This document shows positions 27,132 to 35,570 of a DNA stretch of 50,758 nucleotides, piece after piece. How positions within the stretch are numbered: the stretch's first letter is position 1; each line of letters starts with the position of its first letter. Origin of the DNA: a virus. Lineage: Duplodnaviria > Caudoviricetes. The notes beneath the pieces were generated by a model, which searched no databases, was not told the origin of the DNA, and was given only the letters and a program-made list of their open reading frames with translations. Location: IMG/VR virus record IMGVR_UViG_3300044259_000063, positions 1 to 50,758 of that record; one strand, 5' to 3'. The position numbers and the translations under genes are program-made.

Positions 27132-29743
27132 GCGAAGTGAACCAGGATTCTCAATTTTCCGAGGCTGCAAGGCGCGCCATGGCCAACGCCATCTCCAGAA
27201 GCGTCGGCCCTGAGCATGTGGAAAGCATGATGCCTGGCTACAAGCCTGCAGATGTGCCGCCGGCGTCCGATGGGGTGAGTGATGCGGCTCGAAAGGCCTA
27301 TGCGAACGCCCTGCGAACCACGCTTGGTGATGCCGATGCCCAGTACGTCATGGACATGCAGACCAAGCAGTTGGGTCTCAACGCGAAGCCCAAAGCCGAG
27401 CAGGTGGCGCCCTCGGTCGTGGCTGAGCCGCCGAAGGAGCGATCGGCCCTTGAGGACATTGGCCGCCAACTGGGTCTTGCCGTGCGCAGTGGCGTCGCTG
27501 GTGCTGCATCATTGCCGGCCATGGCCAGCGATGCCATCACCGGGCCGATCAATGCTGGGCTGGATGCAGTGCTGGGCCAGGGCCATGGGTTCCGCTTCCA
27601 GAAGGCAGAACATGCCCTGGAAAACGTCATGACGGCCGCAGGCCTGCCCACGCCAGAAAATGCCACTGAGCGCGTCGTAGGGGACGCTGTGAAGGGCGGC
27701 GTGAGTGCCCTGACCCCCGTTGGAATCGGCGCGGCCCTGGCGAAGAGCGCTGCCCCTGTCGCGGCGAAGGTGGGCGGCATGCTGGCCGCTGCGCCCGGGA
27801 TGCAAGCTGCATCTGGCGCTGCAGGTAGCGGCGCCGCGTCCATCGCCCGTGAGTCAGGCGCAAGCCCCACCGGTGAGGCTGTGGCGGGCCTGGCCGGTGC
27901 CATGGCCCCCATGGCTGTGCCTTACGCCCTCGCGAACGCCGGCAAGGCCGTCATCCGAGGCGGCGGCGAAGCTACCCGCCAGCGCATGGCCGACAACATC
28001 AAGTTGTTCGAAGATGCCGCCGGCGTGACGCCAACCCTTGCCCAGGCCACTCAAAACCGGGCTCATCAGAACATCGAGGCAGGCCTTGCGCGTACGCCGC
28101 TGGCGTCCGGTGTGATGGCAAAGGTTGGCCGGGATCAGTCAGACGCCATGGCGGCTAAGGTGAAGTCCATCGTGGATGAGCTCGCGCCCAACGGCGGGGC
28201 CGCGGCAGATGCCGGCGAGACGATCGCCGAAAGCGCCAAGCTGCTCAAGACCAATACCCGCTTGCTGCAGGACCGGTTCTATTCCAAGCTTGATAGCCTG
28301 CTGCCGGCCGACACGCGTATTGACGTGGATCGCACTCGCCAGGCCCTTGCCAACCTGAACAGCGACATCGCCGGGGCGCCGGCCCTGAGTGCTTGGTTTA
28401 AGAACGCGCGGATCCAAGGGATTGAGGGCGCGCTCGGCGGTGACACCGGCGGCATTGAGGCGGTGATTTCTCGCCCGGGCATGACCGAGAAAGTGCAGGC
28501 CATGCGGGAAGGCCTGGAGCAGAACGCAGCCAACATCGTTGCGGCCAATGCGGAGCGCCGAGCACTCGGTATGAAGAACTTGGCGCCCGTGCCGACGCCC
28601 CAGGACATCGACAACAGCATCAAGAGCTACCTGGAGGGCCAGGTAGACAACAAGATCACCTACGAGGCCCTGCGCAAGCTGCGCACCCTCGTGGGCGCTG
28701 AGATTGAAAACGGCTCCCTGGTCGCGGATGTTCCTCGCAGCAAATGGAAGGCGCTTTATGCCGCCCTGAGCCAGGACCTGGGCGACGCTGCGAAGGCCGC
28801 CGGCCCGCAGGCCGACAAGGTCTGGCGCACCGCCAACAAGCTGACCTCCGAGCGGATGGCGCAACTGGAAAAGCTGGACAAGATCGTGGGCCGAGACACG
28901 CCCGAGAAGGTCTTTGCCGCGGCCATGTCAGGCACTTCCGAAGGCGACACGACCCTGCGGCGCGTGATCAACATGACGCCGATGAGCAAGCGGGGCGACA
29001 TCGTGGGTGCCGTCCTGCAAAAGATGGGCCGCGCGCTCCCTGGTCAGCAGGACTCAACTGGCCAGGCGTTCAGCTCTGAGCGGTTCCTGACCAACCTGGC
29101 AGCCATGTCACCCCAGGCCCGAGAAACGCTGTTCGAGCGTACTGGGGTCAAGGGCTTGAAGGAGAAGATCGACTCCCTGGGCCAGATGGCGGCAGAGGTG
29201 AGGGCAGGGCGGCAGGTCATGCCGAACCCGAGTGGGACGGCTGGGGCAATGGCTCAGATTGCCGCGGGGTCGGCACTGGGGACGAGTGCGATTCATGCGG
29301 CGACTTCTGGCGACATCACGCCATTGCTGGCCGCTGCTGGCACTCCTGCACTGGCCTACGGTGTTGCCAAGGTGGTCACGAGTCCAAAAAACATCAATGC
29401 TCTGGCAAGGGAGACTCAGCTGTCGCCGGCAATGGCTCCGGCACTTGTCAACCAAGCCGCGCAAATCGCCGCTCCGAGAGCGCCAAGTATCTCGGACATC
29501 GCCCAGGCGACATCCGTTGACGATGCAATCAGCGCAGCTGCCAATGTCGTTCAAGGGAATGGCGCGCCGCGATTTACCGCTGCACGTAGGCCAGATGGAA
29601 CCATTGCAATTGCAGGTGACCCCGCGAGAATCAGGGAGCAATTGCGAGCGGCCGGGTTGAGTTCCGGCATCCCGGTTCGCGGCGGGGTGCTTATCGGAAG
29701 ATCTCAGGCAGATGCTGCCGCGCAACTCTTCGGCGCGAAGTGA
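27128..29743 (+). CDS. Large putative DNA ejection protein
   Basis: Ala/Gly-rich helical protein; PTPENATERVV and GVTPTLAQAT motifs; last gene of the late operon. Confidence 0.75.
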   Translation: MSEVNQDSQFSEAARRAMANAISRSVGPEHVESMMPGYKPADVPPASDGVSDAARKAYANALRTTLGDADAQYVMDMQTKQLGLNAKPKAEQVAPSVVAEPPKERSALEDIGRQLGLAVRSGVAGAASLPAMASDAITGPINAGLDAVLGQGHGFRFQKAEHALENVMTAAGLPTPENATERVVGDAVKGGVSALTPVGIGAALAKSAAPVAAKVGGMLAAAPGMQAASGAAGSGAASIARESGASPTGEAVAGLAGAMAPMAVPYALANAGKAVIRGGGEATRQRMADNIKLFEDAAGVTPTLAQATQNRAHQNIEAGLARTPLASGVMAKVGRDQSDAMAAKVKSIVDELAPNGGAAADAGETIAESAKLLKTNTRLLQDRFYSKLDSLLPADTRIDVDRTRQALANLNSDIAGAPALSAWFKNARIQGIEGALGGDTGGIEAVISRPGMTEKVQAMREGLEQNAANIVAANAERRALGMKNLAPVPTPQDIDNSIKSYLEGQVDNKITYEALRKLRTLVGAEIENGSLVADVPRSKWKALYAALSQDLGDAAKAAGPQADKVWRTANKLTSERMAQLEKLDKIVGRDTPEKVFAAAMSGTSEGDTTLRRVINMTPMSKRGDIVGAVLQKMGRALPGQQDSTGQAFSSERFLTNLAAMSPQARETLFERTGVKGLKEKIDSLGQMAAEVRAGRQVMPNPSGTAGAMAQIAAGSALGTSAIHAATSGDITPLLAAAGTPALAYGVAKVVTSPKNINALARETQLSPAMAPALVNQAAQIAAPRAPSISDIAQATSVDDAISAAANVVQGNGAPRFTAARRPDGTIAIAGDPARIREQLRAAGLSSGIPVRGGVLIGRSQADAAAQLFGAK

Positions 29744-29747
29744 TGGC

Positions 29748-30563
29748 CTAGAAAAGCCTCATGACCATGGAGATGACTGACCAGACGACGAAGCCAAGCA
29801 GAATCAGCAGGGTGCCAATGTGCAGGAACATTTTTGATGTCTGCACATTGTCTTCATGAGAATCTGCCGCCCGCAGAAGCTCTTCACTCTCGGCCATGCT
29901 CATCGGCGGTTTGTATCGGTCAAGTGCCATCGGCGGATAGTACCAGTCGCGCAGCCGTCGTGCCAATCCCCAAAATAGGCCACCATGTCTGACAAAGTGC
30001 TCCGCCTGGAGTAATGTCCCCTCAAGTTGGTTCTCTGTCACCGGCGCGTCAAAGTAGAGAACCTCGCGCGCAAAGTGGCCGGCGACGGCTGAAGCCTGCT
30101 TTTTCAGCGGCTGCTCAATGACCAATCTGCCTTGCGATGGGCTGAAGACGTACTCGGCCAGGTTTGCTGACACCTCGTCCGCGGCCTCCAGCGCGCTCAG
30201 GTTGAAATGGCCGCTGTCGTCCCGGTAGGCGTGCCGGATGTGCTGAGCCACTTCGCCGGCATCTCCCTGCAGGTTCCGGGTGTTTCGGCTCAGGCCGCCC
30301 ATGAAGCCAGCCCAGCCTGAGCCAAGCAACTCACGAAGCCCATGATGCCCGACCGCCTCATGCACGAAAGTTCGAAGCGGTGAATTGAAGCCCTGGGTGC
30401 TGGCCACAACCCAGACCTCGCCACCTCGGAACATTCCCCGGGCATCCAAAGGCACGCGCTTGATCGGCAGGTCCGAAGGTGTCTCCACCACACGAACAGG
30501 TGGTGCGCCGCGCCAGGACTTGGTGAAGGCGCCTACCTTGGTTGAGACAGCTTGGGCGTTCAT
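29748..30563 (-). CDS. Zincin-like metallopeptidase domain (polyvalent-protein type) with C-terminal TM helix
   Basis: ARGMFRGGEVWVVA...TFVHEAVGHHGLRELLG...ADEVSA; C-terminal IGTLLILLGFVVWSVISMVM. Confidence 0.65.
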   Translation of the reverse strand: MNAQAVSTKVGAFTKSWRGAPPVRVVETPSDLPIKRVPLDARGMFRGGEVWVVASTQGFNSPLRTFVHEAVGHHGLRELLGSGWAGFMGGLSRNTRNLQGDAGEVAQHIRHAYRDDSGHFNLSALEAADEVSANLAEYVFSPSQGRLVIEQPLKKQASAVAGHFAREVLYFDAPVTENQLEGTLLQAEHFVRHGGLFWGLARRLRDWYYPPMALDRYKPPMSMAESEELLRAADSHEDNVQTSKMFLHIGTLLILLGFVVWSVISMVMRLF

Positions 30564-30610
30564 GGTGCTTCCGGTCGTTACACCTAAAGAAGAGAGACAT
30601 TTGAAAGATC

Positions 30611-30685
30611 ACGTTTAAAACGGAACCTTTGAAGGTGCTTTTTGGAAAAGCACCTTTCATCTATGACTGCTTCCGTTTCAAACGT
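30611..30685. repeat. Nested inverted repeat
   Basis: AAGGTGCTTTT-TGG-AAAAGCACCTT inside ACGTTTAAAACGGAA/TTCCGTTTCAAACGT. Confidence 0.75.
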
Positions 30686-30699
30686 ACTCAGTTGTGCGT

Positions 30700-31146
30700 C
30701 TAAAGAGCCGCCAGGAACTGAACGTTCCGGGCCTTCAGGCTGGCCAAGTCGTCTTCAACGCTCTTGGTGTGCTGTGCGAGCTGCTCGCTTGCAAACGATG
30801 CCAGCACATTGGGGGTGACAACTTGACGCAGCAGGTGCTCGAGCGCCTCCGTGAAACCTATCGCTGCACCCATCTCCACATCGTTGTTTTCGTCCGGGTC
30901 AATCGACCCAACGGCGCGCAGGATTTCGCGCAGAGGCACATTGCCGGTGCGGATCTGAGCCAGAACCTCAAGCAGCGCCTTGCATCCCTCAATGCAGCCA
31001 TCTGTGAAGCTGTCCCCGGCGATGTCGAAATAGTTGATTTCTCGGCGGCCGGTTTGAGGATCAGCGGCAGCCTGTCTGACAAACGTCAGGCCCTTGTAGG
31101 GGTGGGAAGGGTTGACGATGCGGGTTTGCGAACTAGAATTGGTCAT
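30700..31146 (-). CDS. Hypothetical protein
   Basis: 148-aa ORF with AAGGA RBS, co-oriented with rha. Confidence 0.7.
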   Translation of the reverse strand: MTNSSSQTRIVNPSHPYKGLTFVRQAAADPQTGRREINYFDIAGDSFTDGCIEGCKALLEVLAQIRTGNVPLREILRAVGSIDPDENNDVEMGAAIGFTEALEHLLRQVVTPNVLASFASEQLAQHTKSVEDDLASLKARNVQFLAAL

Positions 31147-31222
31147 GACTTGTTCCTTGCTGTGGATTTGTCAAAGAGGCCCCTGAGCAGGTGAGATGGC
31201 TCAGGGGTTTCGCCTTTTGGGG

Positions 31223-31747
31223 TCAATTCAGCGCCCCATGTGGCTCGCTCATCGCGGGCAAGAAGAGGGTGGGTTGCATTTCATGCTCCAGCCGCTCCCG
31301 ATCTGTTCGGATCCCAGGCAGTTCTTTCTTTCGGTTGAGCATCAACTTGCTGCCGAATTGCGCCCACATGAAGCTGGTGCTGTCACGCTTCTCTAACGAC
31401 AAGCGCTGATCCCAGAGGCTCATGCTGATCTACTGGAGTTGGTCCGCCATCTGGTTGAAAGCCTGGATGTAACGTTCTTTCACCTGGGCGGCCTTCTTCC
31501 CGCGAAATCCCATGACCAGGAACACGAAACCATCTTTTGTCATGCGAACAATTCGCCGCATCTCGCCCTTTTCGTCAACCTCATCAACCGGCTCAAAATT
31601 GAGCCGGTTGAATTCACTGCTGCAATCAAGTGAGTCATAGGCTCTCAGGACGTTTTTGTGCAGCTTGCCAAAGTGCTTCGCAACACGTTTGGAGTCAGTG
31701 GTCAACGTTGTGTTTGTGAGTGTTACGAACTCAGACAAGTCGCTCAT
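31223..31747 (-). pseudogene. rha: Rha-family regulator interrupted by an in-frame TAG at 31430-31432
   Basis: TDSKRVAKHFGKLHKNVLR...MTKDGFVFLVMGFRGKKAAQVKERYIQAFNQM; the frame continues CAG-TAG-ATC-AGC-ATG for 68 more codons. Confidence 0.75.
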
Positions 31748-31932
31748 TGCTGTGCTCCTTGATTGACGGAAAGAGAGCCACGCAGTTCGACTGCCGATTT
31801 CAAAGTTGCGACGATCTGTGCGTTGAACGTTCGGTTTTCAGCTTTGGCTGCCTCATGAACTTTCTTGTGTACGTCCTGTGGCAAGCGAAGTGCGGTGCGC
31901 ACCCAGTCCGCTTGTGTTTGGTTGATGGCCAT
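31744..31932 (-). CDS. Arc-family ribbon-helix-helix repressor
   Basis: RTALRLPQDVHKKVHEAAKAENRTFNAQIVATL. Confidence 0.85.
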   Translation of the reverse strand: MAINQTQADWVRTALRLPQDVHKKVHEAAKAENRTFNAQIVATLKSAVELRGSLSVNQGAQQ

Positions 31933-31944
31933 CTGTTTCCTTCG

Positions 31945-32015
31945 ATGAATCTACGGTAGATGCATTTGATCATGAATCTACGGTAGATGCAATTCCTGAC
32001 TTTACCGTAAGGGCA
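31945..32015. promoter_or_regulatory. Operator array between divergent Arc genes
   Basis: ATGAATCTACGGTAGATGCA exactly repeated (31945-31964, 31972-31991), palindromic core ATCTAC-G-GTAGAT; degenerate third copy 31997-32015. Confidence 0.8.
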
Positions 32016-32025
32016 TAATGCATTC

Positions 32026-32340
32026 ATGGCTACAAATGCACCTCAAGATGACTGGCATAAGACGGGTCTGCGTCTCCCAAAGGAGTTGCATGCTCAGCTT
32101 CACGAAGCTGCAGCGAAAGAAGGTCGAAGTTACAACTCCGAAATAGTTGCGCGCCTGCAGCGCTCCTTTGAAGCCGAGCGCGAAACCGCCAAGGACACTG
32201 TGATCACCAGGGTGTACAAGGTGCCTGAAGACAGGATGGACAAGCCTGGGAAAGAGTGGACGAAAGATGAGTTGGAGAGGGTGATTTCCCGCCTGGGGAA
32301 GATCGTTGAGGATTTCAGAAAAAGCTCAGAGCCTTCCTAG
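32026..32340 (+). CDS. Arc/Mnt-family repressor
   Basis: KTGLRLPKELHAQLHEAAAKEGRSYNSEIVARLQRSF. Confidence 0.88.
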   Translation: MATNAPQDDWHKTGLRLPKELHAQLHEAAAKEGRSYNSEIVARLQRSFEAERETAKDTVITRVYKVPEDRMDKPGKEWTKDELERVISRLGKIVEDFRKSSEPS

Positions 32341-32422
32341 TCTCGCGTTGCACGAGACATCCCTGCGGTTGCAAAGACCGCGAACAGCCCTCCAGGTGAG
32401 GGCTTCTTTTTTGGAGGATCGA

Positions 32423-32569
32423 ATGAAGCAAACGACCCCAGATCAAGACCGCCAAGACAAGCGCAAGCCCAAGCAAGTCAAGAGGCAGAGGCAGCATGAG
32501 GCTAGGCCAGAGAGGCGGGAATACTTGGTTCCGCTGCCTGATGCGCCGGCCTGGAAGCCGCTGGGGTGA
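32423..32569 (+). CDS. Small basic hypothetical protein
   Basis: GGAGG RBS directly after a terminator-like hairpin; 48 aa. Confidence 0.45.
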   Translation: MKQTTPDQDRQDKRKPKQVKRQRQHEARPERREYLVPLPDAPAWKPLG

Positions 32570-32953
32570 TCATTCTGGGGTGTCGTCATCCTCTGGGCTA
32601 AACCCGGGCACAGCGTCGACCCTGACGCGGGCAAGCAGCTCCAGCGCCACGGCCTCATCCCAAACACACAGCCATGATTGCCTGTAGCGCGATGGCTTGC
32701 CGCGCGACACCCGGGACACCAGCTCGGTGCCGGTGATGTGCATCGCCTCGCCGCGGATCTGGCTGACCTCGGCGTACTCGAGGCGCTGGATCAGGTCTTG
32801 GCCGTCCGGGCCGAGCAACCTGGCCTGCAGCCGTCGGCCCTCGGCTATGGCCGGGGCAAGCAGCAGATCACCCCGGATGCCGACCCTCAGCGCTGGGTCA
32901 GATCCGGCTACGCGGTGGCCAGCACGGCGGATGCGATAGACGATGGTTTGCAC
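32570..32953 (-). CDS. Hypothetical protein, probably SOS-regulated
   Basis: 127-aa ORF with GTG start abutting a LexA box. Confidence 0.65.
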   Translation of the reverse strand: MQTIVYRIRRAGHRVAGSDPALRVGIRGDLLLAPAIAEGRRLQARLLGPDGQDLIQRLEYAEVSQIRGEAMHITGTELVSRVSRGKPSRYRQSWLCVWDEAVALELLARVRVDAVPGFSPEDDDTPE

Positions 32954-32968
32954 TGTGCATTTATACAG
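32953..32968. promoter_or_regulatory. LexA (SOS) box
   Basis: CTGT-GCATTTAT-ACAG fits CTGT-N8-ACAG. Confidence 0.8.
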
Positions 32969-33068
32969 CGCTTAGGGGCGGGATTTGTGAATCAAATGCC
33001 GCGGCGGTACGCGGAAACGTTCACGATTTGATGCGGGATCTAATGCTGTGTTTCCATACATAAAAACG

Positions 33069-33239
33069 CCGCATGGAAAAGCGCTTTTAACCGCATGGAT
33101 GCTGGATAGTTGACCCTACTTAGAAGGCTGTTGCTCTATCCAACTGAGCTACGGGCAGTCGCATGAATGCTAAGTTTGGTGCTACGTTTCCTGTAGCGCT
33201 TTCCGACGCGCATCGGAAAGAGTTCCGGCGCGCATCGGA
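33069..33239. repeat. Short repeats flanking the att core (candidate Int/Xis sites)
   Basis: CCGCATGGA at 33069 and 33091; TTCCG(A/G)CGCGCATCGGA at 33201 and 33223. Confidence 0.65.
33119..33158 (-). other. attP core: 5' half of tRNA-Arg(UCU)
   Basis: CTGCCCG TA GCTCAGTTGGATAGAGC A ACAGC CTTCTAA G, after which tRNA similarity stops; about 110 bp downstream of the integrase stop. Confidence 0.85.
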
Positions 33240-33266
33240 TTATGCCCTCGAAACTGGCGCGATTTG

Positions 33267-34283
33267 CTACTTGGTCGGGCCCACAATCTTGCCTCTGCGT
33301 AGATAGTGGCGCTTGGTCGTTGCCACGCTGGTGTGCCCCAAAAGGTCGGCCGCGCTTTGCTCGCCCCGGGCGTCCGCGGTGTCGTCGGCGGCCTTGGCGC
33401 GCAGGTCGTATAGCCAGGCCTCTTTGATGGCATCGGCCAACTCGGGGTTCTTTTCAGCGGCTGCCTTGCGGGCGTCCTCAAACCCTTTTCGGATCATCTG
33501 CTTGGACATCGGCTTGCCCCGGTCGGACACCAGAAGGTAGGACGTCCATGTCTTGTGGGTCTCCTTTCTGGCGTTGATCCGCTGGATCAGGGCAGCCAGT
33601 TCGCCCTCGATCCGGATGCGCACCATGGCGCCAGTTTTCCCCTGACGGGTGGGAATCGTGCCGTCAGCGATGTCCTCGTCCGTCATCGCACGGGAGTCGG
33701 AGGGGCGCTGCCCGGTCAGGTAGGCCAGGTCCATCGCGTCCCGAATGGGGGCCGAGGCGCAATCCCAGATTGCCTTGAACACCTGATCGGTGACGTATAC
33801 CTCTCGCTTGCCCACCGGGAGCCCTCGCACCCCGGTGGCCGGGTTTTCCCGGTCGGTGTAGCCCCAGGCCCTGGCTCGGTTGAACATGCTGCTGAAAAGC
33901 CGCTTGAGTCGGTTGGCGGTTTGGGGGTTGGCTCGGTGCTTCTCGACCAGCTTCGCAACGTGTGACGGCTTGATCGCGTCCAGCGGGGCCGGCGTGGGTT
34001 TGCTGAAGAAGCTCCGCAAGTGCTTGATGTCGTACTTCTGGGTGGCCTGGGTGGATGTGGCCAGCAGAGGGAGGGCCTCGCGCTCGTATTTCTCGATCAC
34101 GTCGATGAAGGTGGCGCCGTGCTGGACGTTGGCTTTCGTCAGTTCGGCCCATTTCTGGACGGCCAGGATGTAATCGCTGCCGAGGGGGATCTGCTTCCTG
34201 TTCTCGATCTCCAGGTAGTAATAGATCCGCCCGGAGCGCTGCTTTTTGGCTCGTAGGCCAGGGGTCGGTAAGCGCTTTGGCAT
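33267..34283 (-). CDS. int: Tyrosine integrase
   Basis: AYLTGQRPSD (R), RQGKTG (K), YDLRAKA (H/Y-x-x-R), LLGHTS...TKRHY (H, Y). Confidence 0.95.
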   Translation of the reverse strand: MPKRLPTPGLRAKKQRSGRIYYYLEIENRKQIPLGSDYILAVQKWAELTKANVQHGATFIDVIEKYEREALPLLATSTQATQKYDIKHLRSFFSKPTPAPLDAIKPSHVAKLVEKHRANPQTANRLKRLFSSMFNRARAWGYTDRENPATGVRGLPVGKREVYVTDQVFKAIWDCASAPIRDAMDLAYLTGQRPSDSRAMTDEDIADGTIPTRQGKTGAMVRIRIEGELAALIQRINARKETHKTWTSYLLVSDRGKPMSKQMIRKGFEDARKAAAEKNPELADAIKEAWLYDLRAKAADDTADARGEQSAADLLGHTSVATTKRHYLRRGKIVGPTK

Positions 34284-34291
34284 GTTGGCTC

Positions 34292-34528
34292 CTAATGCAT
34301 GACGGGCTCCCAGGCCTCGACGGTGGGAGCATTTGATTTTGCGATTGCCGTCGCCGCGCCTTCGATGGCGGCCCGGGCGACGATGGGGCGCTTGGCGGCG
34401 TTGATGTAATGCGGCACGCCCATGGATTTCAGGGCGGTGGCTTGGCGCTGTTCGCGGGACTTTCCCTTGCAGCCCCGGCGGATGCCGGTCAGTTCTGCGA
34501 CTTCTTCAGGCGTGAGGAAGATGCTCAT
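34292..34528 (-). CDS. DUF4224-family protein (excisionase-like)
   Basis: FLTPEEVAELTG...Q..AL..MGVP..INAAKRPIVAR; immediately upstream of int. Confidence 0.85.
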   Translation of the reverse strand: MSIFLTPEEVAELTGIRRGCKGKSREQRQATALKSMGVPHYINAAKRPIVARAAIEGAATAIAKSNAPTVEAWEPVMH

Positions 34529-34538
34529 GTCTTTCTCC

Positions 34539-34565
34539 AAAAAAGAAGCCCGCACGCGGCGGGCT
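34539..34565 (-). terminator. Intrinsic terminator
   Basis: AGCCCGC/GCGGGCT stem with U-tract on - strand. Confidence 0.7.
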
Positions 34566-34573
34566 GGGTGGGG

Positions 34574-34828
34574 TCAATCGCCAGAAATCTCTAAGGGCCG
34601 ATGACGGTGCTCAATCGGATCTTGGGCGCCCAGTGAGCGGGCCATGTCTTCGGCGTTTCGATGGATCTGGGCATTACTGGTGTGCTCGTAGCTGTACCAG
34701 AAGCTGCAGAAGCAGAACGGCTCATGCCCTTCGTGCTGCCGCATGACGTGCTTGCCGCCAAAGAAGTCGCTTTCGATCCAAACCTTGGTTGGCAGGATCT
34801 CAACGACTACGACTTGTTCTGCGTCCAT
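34574..34828 (-). CDS. Hypothetical protein
   Basis: GGAG RBS; MDAEQVVVVE..., bounded by linker elements. Confidence 0.65.
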   Translation of the reverse strand: MDAEQVVVVEILPTKVWIESDFFGGKHVMRQHEGHEPFCFCSFWYSYEHTSNAQIHRNAEDMARSLGAQDPIEHRHRPLEISGD

Positions 34829-34839
34829 TCTGCTTCTCC

Positions 34840-34863
34840 AAAGAAAAAGCCCCCGAAGGGGCT
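34840..34863 (-). terminator. Intrinsic terminator
   Basis: AGCCCC-TTCG-GGGGCT with U-tract on - strand. Confidence 0.7.
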
Positions 34864-34871
34864 GGTGTGGG

Positions 34872-35396
34872 TTAGGCGATTTGCTGTCGAGCAATCGCAA
34901 GTAGGCGGGCATCGGCTTTCGTCAGGACATCCAGCAGAAGGCGCTTCTCTTCAAGGTAGACCTTGGCAAACTTGGGATCGTGCTGAACGATGCTGCTGGC
35001 GTTGCTGATCAGGTCGGCGCACTTGATCGTCTGCACCCAGCCTGGGGCTTGCTGGAGCCTGTCACGGCTAGCCTTCTTTCGCTCTGCTCGGTTTCCGACC
35101 TCCAGATCGGAGAGCCAGCGAACACCTCGGGTCACCTGCTCAATTGCTGCCAGCGACTCGCCGGCCAGCGCCTCTGTCAACTCCTCTGATTGAACCGCTT
35201 GGTCTTCAATGACGTCATGCAGCCAAGCCACGGCTATCATGGCATCGGGCTCAATTTCGTCCCAGTGCGTGACCGTCGCAACGATCCCGGCCACCTCAGC
35301 AAGATGGTCTGTGTAGGGATTGCCGGTGTATTTGCGCTTTTGGTCCTTGTGGCGTTCTCTCGCAAAGGCCATCGCTTTGAACGCGAGTGATTGCAT
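34872..35396 (-). CDS. HD-domain hydrolase, SpoT/Mesh1 type (small alarmone hydrolase-like)
   Basis: FARERHKDQKRKYTGNPYTDHL, AWLHDVIED, IKCADLISN. Confidence 0.88.
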   Translation of the reverse strand: MQSLAFKAMAFARERHKDQKRKYTGNPYTDHLAEVAGIVATVTHWDEIEPDAMIAVAWLHDVIEDQAVQSEELTEALAGESLAAIEQVTRGVRWLSDLEVGNRAERKKASRDRLQQAPGWVQTIKCADLISNASSIVQHDPKFAKVYLEEKRLLLDVLTKADARLLAIARQQIA

Positions 35397-35410
35397 CTCA
35401 TCTCTCCATG

Positions 35411-35430
35411 AAAAAAGCCCCTTTCGGGGC
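35411..35430 (-). terminator. Intrinsic terminator
   Basis: GCCCC/GGGGC stem with U6 on - strand. Confidence 0.7.
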
Positions 35431-35447
35431 CTGTTTTGGGGGTGGGG

Positions 35448-35570
35448 TTAGCCTCTGGGGTAGTCGCTACACCAAAGAAAGTGATCCGGTCGGTATTCGT
35501 GCGGATCGAATCGGTGGCCGCACCAGATGCAGGAATCAATGCGGCCAATGGCCTCAATTGACAGGCTCAA
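35448..35570 (-). CDS. Small Cys/His peptide
   Basis: TTG start coupled to upstream TGA; CIWC...HFLWC. Confidence 0.35.
   Translation of the reverse strand: MSLSIEAIGRIDSCIWCGHRFDPHEYRPDHFLWCSDYPRG

Noticed and set aside
31945-31991. Mini CRISPR array
   Set aside because: Only two 20-bp repeats with a 7-nt gap and no cas genes; fits operators
33119-33158. Functional tRNA-Arg gene
   Set aside because: The 3' anticodon stem, T arm and acceptor strand are missing; better explained as an att core
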